Assembly: GCF_009914755.1 (NCBI RefSeq)
Contig: NC_060930.1
DNA from: the human T2T-CHM13v2.0 reference genome, Homo sapiens
Reading direction: 5' to 3' (one strand)
DNA: 64,000 nucleotides
Shown here: in pieces, positions 55,626 through 64,000 of the stretch
Position numbering within the stretch: position 1 is the first letter of the stretch
How the letters are laid out: each line of letters begins with the position of its first letter
Notes under the pieces: model-generated
Database searches by the model: none
What the model was told of the DNA's origin: nothing
The model's input: only the letters and a program-made list of their open reading frames with translations
Program-made: the position numbers and the translations under genes

Positions 55626-56920
55626 AATTAAATATTCATTATTAAATATCAACCAGAAATGGATGAGACTTTCTATTTAAAATCACTCCAGAAAATTACC
55701 GTCTGAAAGGGACATTCCTAAATAACATTTCTAAATTATAAAGTGGAGCTTAAAAGCCTTATTAAAACATTTTTTGTTTTAAACAGTAACTGAAAATCAT
55801 GAGATGAGCAATGTTAAACAACAAAATTACAACATAGCCTTTGAAAACAGAAATAATAGAAAGAAAAACAATGTAACAATGTGTCATGTTTTTGAGTATA
55901 GAAATTAAAATGTTTTGGGCTTTCAAAGAAAGAAAGGACAGATTTTTCAAACTTGTGTAAAATTAACTTGATAATGATAATGTGATAGCAAAGCATTTTA
56001 TGAGAATCAAAGGGAGTAAAATATAATTTTCTTAGGGCTTCATTTGCTCGTCTTTGCCTTGTTTCTTAAGATAAAAGCTGAGGTCATTTATGTAAGACCT
56101 TTCCTTTTTACTAATACAGGTTTTTAGTACTTTATAATTTCTTCTAAATACTATCTTAAATGTATCCCACAAATTTTGATGTGCTGTGTTTTTATTTTCA
56201 TTAAATTCAAAATACTTTTTAATTTCTCTCTTTTTTTTTTGAAAAACATCTGGGTTGTCTAGAAGCATGTTATTTAGTCTCTAAGCATTTGAAGATTTTT
56301 CCAGATATAATTCTATTGTTGATTTTTAAAATTTATTTTCACTGTAATTAGGAAACATACTTTGTGTGACTTGACTCCTTTTAAATTTATTGAGACTGGT
56401 TTTATGGCCCAATAAAATATGATCTCTCCTGATAAATTTCATGTAAACATTTTTAAAAGCTTTGTGCCCTGCTATTTTTGTGTGGATTGTTCTATAAATG
56501 TTCATTAGGTCAAGTAGATTGAAAGTGTTGTTCAGGTTTTATATTCTTTATAGTGATATCAATTATATTAATTATTGAGAGATAATTGCTTAAATCTTCA
56601 ACAATTGTGGGTTTATCTGCCTCTCCTTGCAGTTATGTCAGTATTTGCTTTATGTGTTTTAAATCTCTGTTCAAAAGTACATCAGCAATTAGATTTGTTA
56701 TGTTCTTTTATTGAATCTTTATGAAATGACTTCCTTTATCTCTGATAACATTCTTTTGCTCAGAAATCTACTTCATCTCATATTAATGGGGCCATTCCAG
56801 CTCTTTTTTTTTTTAGAATAGTATATCTTCTTCCATCCTTTTACTTTAATATATTTGTCTCTTAATTTTTAAATTATATTTCTTATAAATATGTATAGTT
56901 GAACTTGCTTTTTTATCTAA

Positions 56921-57385
56921 TATTTACAAAAGCAAAGCATGGAATCAATGTAAGTGCCCATCAGTGGTAGGCTGGATAAAGAAAATGTGGTACATATACA
57001 TGATGGAATACTATTCAGCCATAAAAAGAATGATATCATATTCTTTGCAGCAACAAAGATGGAACTGGAGGCCATTATCCTAAGCTAACTAACACCGGGG
57101 CAGAAAACCAAATCTGCATGTTCTCACTATAAGTGAGAGCTTAACATTGTACACATGGACACAAAGAAGAGAACCACAGATACTAGGGTCTATTTGAGGG
57201 TGGAGAATGGGAGAAGGGGCAAGATCAAAAAACTACCTTTCAGATACTATGCCCGTTACCTGTACACCAAAACTCACAACACACGTTACCTATGCAACAA
57301 ACCTTGCACATGTACCCCTGACACTAAAAGTTATAAAAAATACATGTCAATCACATCTAAAAAATGAAAAATAAATAAATAAAAT
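56921..57385 (+). mobile_element. L1PB-like 3' end
   Basis: ggataaagaaaatgtggtacatatac...ggaactggaggccattatcctaag...A-rich tail. Confidence 0.88.
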
Positions 57386-58016
57386 TGCCAGCACATAAAA
57401 AAATCTTTGCCATTTAACTGGAGTGTTTGGATCATTTACATTTAATGCGATTATTGTTATAGTAGGGTTTAACTCTACAATCTTGCTGTTTTCTGTTTAT
57501 ATCATTTTTGTTTTTCCTTCCTTTTATGCCTCTTTTGTATAAATTCATTATTTTTGTGATTCCATTTTATCTCCCCTTTTTAGATTATTAGTTATGAGTC
57601 TTTGTCATGCTATTTTAGTAGCAATTTTGGGGGTGTATAGTATACATATTTAACTTATCACAGTCTTTCTTCAATATTATACCTGTTCGTATATGGCATA
57701 AGAACCTTACAACAGTGTACTGTTGTTTCTTTCCACTCAACCTTTGTGGTACTTTTGTCATACATTTTATTTCTTTGTATATACTAAACTCCATATATAT
57801 TGTTATTTATTTTTTATTGTAAACATTCATCACCTTTTAAAGAAAATTAAGAAAAAAGTCTCTCTTTTTACCCACGTAGTTACCTTTTTCTCGTGCTCTT
57901 CATTCATTTACATAGATGTAAGAGTCCCTTTATTATGAATTTTCTTCTTCTTAAAATATTTTAATATTTTTTGTAATGCATATCTGCTGATGATTTCTCT
58001 CTCAGCTTTTGTAGGT

Positions 58017-58363
58017 TGATATGGTTTGGCTATTTCCCCACCCAAATTTCATCTTGAATTCCCACATGTTGTGGGAGGGACCAACCCCATGGGATTTAAT
58101 TGAATCATGGGGTCAGGTCTTTCCCAAGCTGTTCTGGTGATAGTGAATAAGTCTCATAAAATCTGATGGTTTTATAAAGGGGATTTCCCTGCATAAACTC
58201 TCTTCTCTTGTGTACCACCATGTGAGGCATGTCTTTCACCTTCTGCTGTGATCATGAGGCCTCCCAAGCCATGTGAAACTGTGAATCCATTAAATCTCTT
58301 TCTTTTGTAAATTTCCCAGTCTTGAGTATGTCTTTATCAGCAGCATGAAAACAGACTAATACA
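58017..58363 (+). mobile_element. THE1 MaLR solo LTR
   Basis: tgatatggtttggct...cagactaataca; perfect 5-bp TSD TAGGT at 58012-58016 and 58364-58368. Confidence 0.93.
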
Positions 58364-58477
58364 TAGGTCATATAGTCTTATTTTACCTTCAATTCTGAAA
58401 AATATTTTCACTGGGTGAGGAATTCTAGGCTGACAATTTTTTTTGTTTGTTTCAATTCTGTAGAAAACTGCTCCAGA

Positions 58478-60710
58478 AGAGTACTTCTAGAATGAGATAG
58501 TAAAGACCCCTGAAACCCACTCTTTCATAAAATCAATGATATCACTAGCATAAGAAATATAAGAATAAAAATTTCAGAACACTGAAAATTAACCAAAAAC
58601 TTGCATTAATCTGAGGAGTGCTTATTCAAGGAATAAGACTGAATATCTGGGAAAACTGCAAGCTTTGTGGTAATTTAATTTGCCACATCCTCATCCTCCT
58701 CTAATAAGTTCTTTGGAAGCCTTGAAAATCACCAGCAATGTAATCATGGTAACCATGAAAACCAGCAATTTATTAGCCACTGTAGGGGATGGAATGAGTT
58801 TGGAGTTCTAAAAAGCTGCCCTATTGCCACAGGATTGTCATTATCTGATAGTTCCCTGAATACTTCCACTCACAGAACATGTTTTTATTTTATCTGACTT
58901 TAAGATCCTTCAGTGTGAACATATTTTTCCATGGGCTACTTGTCAGAAGCAACTAGCAACAACTGTTGAATATTGTAGCTATCTCAAGTGGTGATAATAG
59001 TTAGGGCAAACAATTTAGCCAAAGAGCTGTAGCAGCTATACTAATACCAGACAAAACAGACTTTAGGAATTGTTACTAAAGAAAAAGAAAGACATTTTGT
59101 AATGATAAAAGGGTCAATCCATCAAGGAAGCATAACAGTTATTAACAAATATGCACCTAACACTAGGGCTTGGAAAAGGAAGCAAAAAAGCAGACAGAAT
59201 TGAAAAGAGAAACAATTCAATGACAATTGTTAGGTACTTCATTACTCTAGTTTCAATAATCAATAGCACAACTAGACAGAAGATCAACAAAGAATTAAAA
59301 GATTTGATTACAACTATAAACCAACTAGACCTACATACATCTATATAACATACATCTATATAACACTTCAACCAACAATAGTAGAATATTTATGCTTCTC
59401 AAGTGTACATGCAATGTTCTCTAAAATAGAACATATGTTAGTCCATAAAACAGCCTCAGTAAATTTAAAAGGACTGAAATAATTCAAAGTATGTTCTATG
59501 ACCACAATTAAATGAAATTAGAAATCTTACTTTAAAACTGGGTCAGACTTAAATGTAATAACTAAAGCTGTACAAGTCTTAGATGAAAACATAGTTGTAA
59601 ATGACCATTATCATGTATACGGCAATGTTTTCTTAGAAATGACCAAAAGCCATGAGTGACAAAGGAAAAAATACATACATTAAACTTAAAATATATCAAG
59701 TTTAAATTAATTAAAAAACTTTGGTGCTCCAAAAGATAATATGAAAGTCCATACACAAACTATAAAATGGGAGAAAATGTTTGCAAATAATACATCTGAG
59801 AAAGAACTTGTATCCAGAATATACACAGAACTTTCAAAACTCAACAACAGAAAGACAATCCAATGTTAAAATGTGCAAAGTATTTGAATAGACATGTCTC
59901 CAAAGAAGATATTCAAGAGGCCAATATACACAGGAAAAAATTATCAAAATCATCTGTCATTAGGGAAATGCAACTCAAAACCACAACAAAGTATTGTTTT
60001 CTATAGATTAGGAGGGCTATAATCAGTAAGATGAACAATAACAAATGTTGATGACGATGTGGAGAAACTGGAACCTTCATATATTGCTGGTGGGGATGCA
60101 AAATTATGTAGCTTCTGTGAGAAACAGTTTGGAAATTTCTCAAAAGTTTAAACAGAGTTACTATTATGGCCAAGAAATTATACTCTTAGTTCTTTACCCA
60201 AGAGAAATTAAAATATATACTACACCACACAAAAAGTTGTGCACAGATATAATTATTCATAATAGCCAAAAAGTGGAAACAAGTCAAATATCTGTCAACT
60301 GATGAATGAATAAACAAAATGTAGCATATCAATATAATGAAATATTTAGCCATAAGAAGGAATAAAGTACTAATACAGGCTATAAAATACATGAACCATG
60401 GAAACATTATGGCGAGTGAAAGAAGCCAGACATAAAAGATAACATATTGCATGATTTCATTCATATGACATTTTAAAAATAGGTGAATCCATAGAGAAAG
60501 GAAGATTAGTAGTTGCCAGGGCCAGGGTTGGGAAATGAGGACTGACTGCTAATAGGAACAGGGCTTCTTTTGGGGATAAAGTGTTCTGGAATTAAATAGT
60601 GGTTATAGTTGCACAGATTGTGAATATACTAAAAATTATTGAACTGTACAATTTTAAAAGGTGAATTTTATGGTATATGAATTATAACATGATTTTTTAA
60701 AAGATTCTAT
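58478..60710 (+). mobile_element. Internally deleted L1M (5' region, endonuclease segment, ORF2 end and 3' UTR)
   Basis: EN-like aatgataaaagggtcaatccatcaag...tatgcacctaac at ~59100-59160; 3' UTR ending ggtgaattttatggtatatgaattata. Confidence 0.78.
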
Positions 60711-62334
60711 AAAAAAGGTTGCTACACTGTTTTCTAGTTTGCATTATTTCTGACCAGAAGTCTGCTGTCGTCTTATTTTGGTTCTTCCAAGTACAATGTG
60801 TCTTTGTGTTCCTCTGGCTGATTTTAAGATTGCCGCCTTTTCCCTGGTGTTATGCAAGTTCATTGTTATGTACTTTGGTCTAACTCTTTCAGGTTTCTTG
60901 TGCTTACACTTTATTGAGATTCTTGAATCTGTGAGTTTATTGCTTTTATTGTGAACTCTGGAAACTTTTATGTACTATTTGTTCAAAACTTTTTTTTTCT
61001 GTGCCTCTCCCTAACATTTTGGGCATGTTGATTACATATGTGTATGAGGCTGTTGGAAGTTTCCCCAAAGCTCACTGAAGCTGTAGGGAATTTTTCCCCC
61101 CTTTTATTCATTCTTTTTTCTGTTTTTAAATTTATTAATCTTCTGCTGTGTCTAATCTGCTATTCATTTAATCCAGTGTATTTTTCATTTCAGCTACTGT
61201 AGTTTCCATTTTAGAAGTTCAAATTTGTCTTTAAAAAAAAAAACCTTTCATGCTCTCCTTAACATGCTCATGCTTTCCTCTACCTTCTTGAATATCTGAA
61301 CTATGTTAATGCTAACCATTCTGGTGTCCTTATTTACTAATTCTACCATGTGTGACCTTTCTGGATTTATTTATTGATTGGCTTTTCTTAATTTATGGGT
61401 CTTATTTCCTATTTCTTTGCATGCTGATATTTTATATTGGATACTAGGTGTGAATTTCATCTTGTTAAATGTTGGATATTTTTATATTTTGTATTCCTTT
61501 AAATATATTTCATTCCAATTCTGATACGCAGTTAGGTGACCTGGAAACCATTTGTCCTTTTTAAGCTTTGCTTTTAAGCCTTGTTAAACAGAATTAGAGC
61601 AGCCTGTAGACTCAAGCTAATTTTTCTATATTACTGAGACAATGCCGTTCAGAGTACTCTACCCAATATTACATACATTACATGGTTTCTGCTCTCTGTC
61701 TATTGTAGCATATGCTATTCCCAGTGAGAGCTCTTAGGGTTGTTCCGCCTGCTCCTTTGGGGTTTTTTCCTCCAAGCTTCAGGTAATTTCCTTTCAAGCA
61801 TGTGCTAATCAGTACCCAGGCATCCGTAGTGTGGAGGTAAGATGTTCTACTCAACTCCTGGGGTCCCTCTCTGGGCAGCTGTCTCCTCTCCAGTATTTTG
61901 TCCTGCAAACTCTAACTACCTTGGTATCCTTGAGCTCCCAGCTGTATCTGTTTGACTCTGGAAAACTATCAGAACTTGCCTGGGTTCCTCCACAAGGTGG
62001 CCTGAAAACTCTCCAGGCATTAAGTTGGATTATTGTAGGATATCTAGTTTGTTTCTCATCTCTCAAGAATTGCTGCCCTCTACTTCCTGCTGTCCAGTGT
62101 CTGAAAACAATTGTTTTCTATATTTTATCTGCTTTCTAGTGGCTTAAGGTAGGAAGTTAAGTCCAGTCCCTGTTACTCTATCTTGGCCCAGAGTGGAGAT
62201 CAGGTTATGTATTTTTTATATTCCCAAATTTATTTCACTCTGAGTATAGGAAGTTATAACATTAAATTGTCTCCCAACTATTCCTGGGAGTTTCTCAGGT
62301 GATTCCTCTCCTATGCTTCAGAACACATTTCTCA

Positions 62335-62800
62335 GGTTATTCATTCATTTATTTATTCATATAATAGGTATTTATCGAGTGCTTATGATATCCAGGCACT
62401 GTTATAGGTGCTTGGGATACAATGAAAGACAAGAAAGACAAGCTTTCTGCTTCTGACAGTTTACATTTTGTTGGGGACAGCCAAACTGAACAAGCAAATA
62501 TCAGAAAGCAGCAAATGCCACGTAGAAAACAAGTCAGATGCTGTAATAGAGAGTGAATAGAGGGAAGGATGGTAATTAACCTTAGGAGTTACCGAGAAGG
62601 TGACACTTGATCTGAGACCTGAATGATAAGAAAGTATCACCAATAAAAAATTGGGGAAAGAGAATTCCAAGAAGAGGAACTAGCAAACACAAAAGTCTTA
62701 AAAGAAAATGAGGGATAGAAAGAACAGCGTGGTCCAAATTTAGAGAATGATGATGAAAGTAGGAGGAGATAGGAGAGAAAGGCATGGACTTGTATTCTCA
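62335..62800 (-). mobile_element. L2
   Basis: ttcattcattt...ccaggcactgttataggtgcttgggatac...gatctgagacctgaatga. Confidence 0.8.
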
Positions 62801-62839
62801 GTGTAAAGACAACGTGAGTGAGACATGCACCAGCTACTG

Positions 62840-63560
62840 CTTATTCCTACCAATACTGGTCTCTGTTCTCCCTTGTAGGCCTAGCCAATTCTGTTCTGCA
62901 TTTAATCCTACCCCTGAACAAATGCTAATTACTCTAAACCAATCATGGTAATCCCTATGTATCTGGCTAGTGACTGGTTTTGAAAAAGGTGAGCGACAGA
63001 GACCTGGAAAATGAGACCTGAGAGGCAGTTTTTTAAGGAAAGATTCCCTTATTTATGAAAAGAGACCCACAGAAGGAGGTGGCCTCTGCTCTTTCATTAG
63101 ACCAATGATTATCAACTGGGGACAAATTTGTACCCCAGGAGATATTTGGCAGTATTTGGAGATGTTTTTGTTTGTCACATCTGGGAGTATGTTACTGGTA
63201 TCTACTAAGTACAGGCTAGGATTACTGCTAACCATTTTACAATGCATAGGACAGCCCACATAGCAAGGCAAGGAGTTATCCAACCCCAAATATCAATATT
63301 TCTAAGGTTAAGAAAGCCTACACTAGACACTCTTGGGTCTAAATGTGATTGCTACAACTGTTGTGGCCATCTTGCAACCAGGAATATTAGCTGATATGCT
63401 AAAGATGAAAAAGTGAAAAATAGAAAGACCCTAGGGATGTGATGTCTTTCAGCTGCTAAATAAACCAACTTATAACCATATCAGAACTTCTTGTTGTATG
63501 AACTATTACCTATGCTTATAGTTTGGACTATTTTGAGTTAAGCAGTTCCATATGGGAATC
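62840..63560 (+). mobile_element. Old MLT1 LTR interrupted by MER20
   Basis: ctaaaccaatcatggtaatcc...ggccatcttgcaacca...gaacttcttgtt. Confidence 0.6.
63101..63320 (+). mobile_element. MER20
   Basis: ccccaggagatatttggcagt.tttggagat.tttttg.ttgtcaca...acaatgcataggacagccc. Confidence 0.88.
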
Positions 63561-63724
63561 TAGAGTCCACAGGAGAGATGACATATTATTTGGGAGTCAC
63601 CAACAAATAAATGAAACTTGAAGCCTTGGGACTGGAAGAGGGCATGGGTAGAGAACCAACATCAGGTAATGCCAACATTTATAGACTGGGTTGAGTCAGC
63701 ACAGAAGACTAGGAGTCAGGAACA

Positions 63725-63960
63725 GCTAATAATAATATCTAATGCTTTTTATAGTGATTACTCCATGCCAAGCATTTTTCTAAATTCTTTGTAAATATTA
63801 ACTCATTTAATCCTTATAAAAACTTTATGAGGTAGGGTTACTATTATCATCCCATTTTACATACAAGGAAAGTGAGTCATAGCTCAATTAAAGCCAATTT
63901 TTCCAAGGTTACAAAATTAGTAAATGTATAAGTTGGGATTCAAATCCAGGCAGTCTGGCA
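63725..63960 (-). mobile_element. MIR
   Basis: aactcatttaatcct...attatcatccccattttaca...gggattcaaatccaggcagtctggc. Confidence 0.85.
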
Positions 63961-64000
63961 CTATTGCTTCAATGTGTCCCCTCCTAAATTCAGATGTTCC

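Larger units (their letters stand above)
56025..62210 (-). mobile_element. Old L1M (ORF2 N-terminal part back to 5' region), fragmented by three younger insertions
   Basis: ORF 56032..56268 (EIKKYFEFNENKNTAHQNLWDTFK) is L1 ORF2p-like; pieces at ~56025-56920, 57400-58016, 58364-58475 and 60715-62210. Confidence 0.75.

Overview
Primate, almost certainly human, genomic DNA; not prokaryotic. Bases 809-~5945 hold the last three exons of RFX6, the winged-helix transcription factor of pancreatic islets and gut endoderm, on the + strand: 809-1321, 2542-2754 and 5114-5289, then a 3' UTR with three AATAAA signals. Spliced, they give the C-terminus ...[11 protein letters not shown]. The remaining ~58 kb is AT-rich intergenic DNA dominated by interspersed repeats: Alu/FLAM, L1, L2, MIR, MaLR LTRs, MER20/MER5, Tigger3, Arthur1, ORSL and a possible CR1/L3. 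Almost all other ORFs in the track are repeat-derived or chance. I found no new protein-coding system. The most unusual things visible in the sequence are: a 5'-inverted (twin-priming-type) Alu inside a perfect 17-bp TSD; several templated-insertion or hairpin scars; an Alu monomer nested antisense in an AluJ; and repeat-free blocks rich in endoderm/islet transcription-factor motifs, which are candidate RFX6 enhancers. Repeat subfamily names and many boundaries come from recalled consensus sequences and are approximate.
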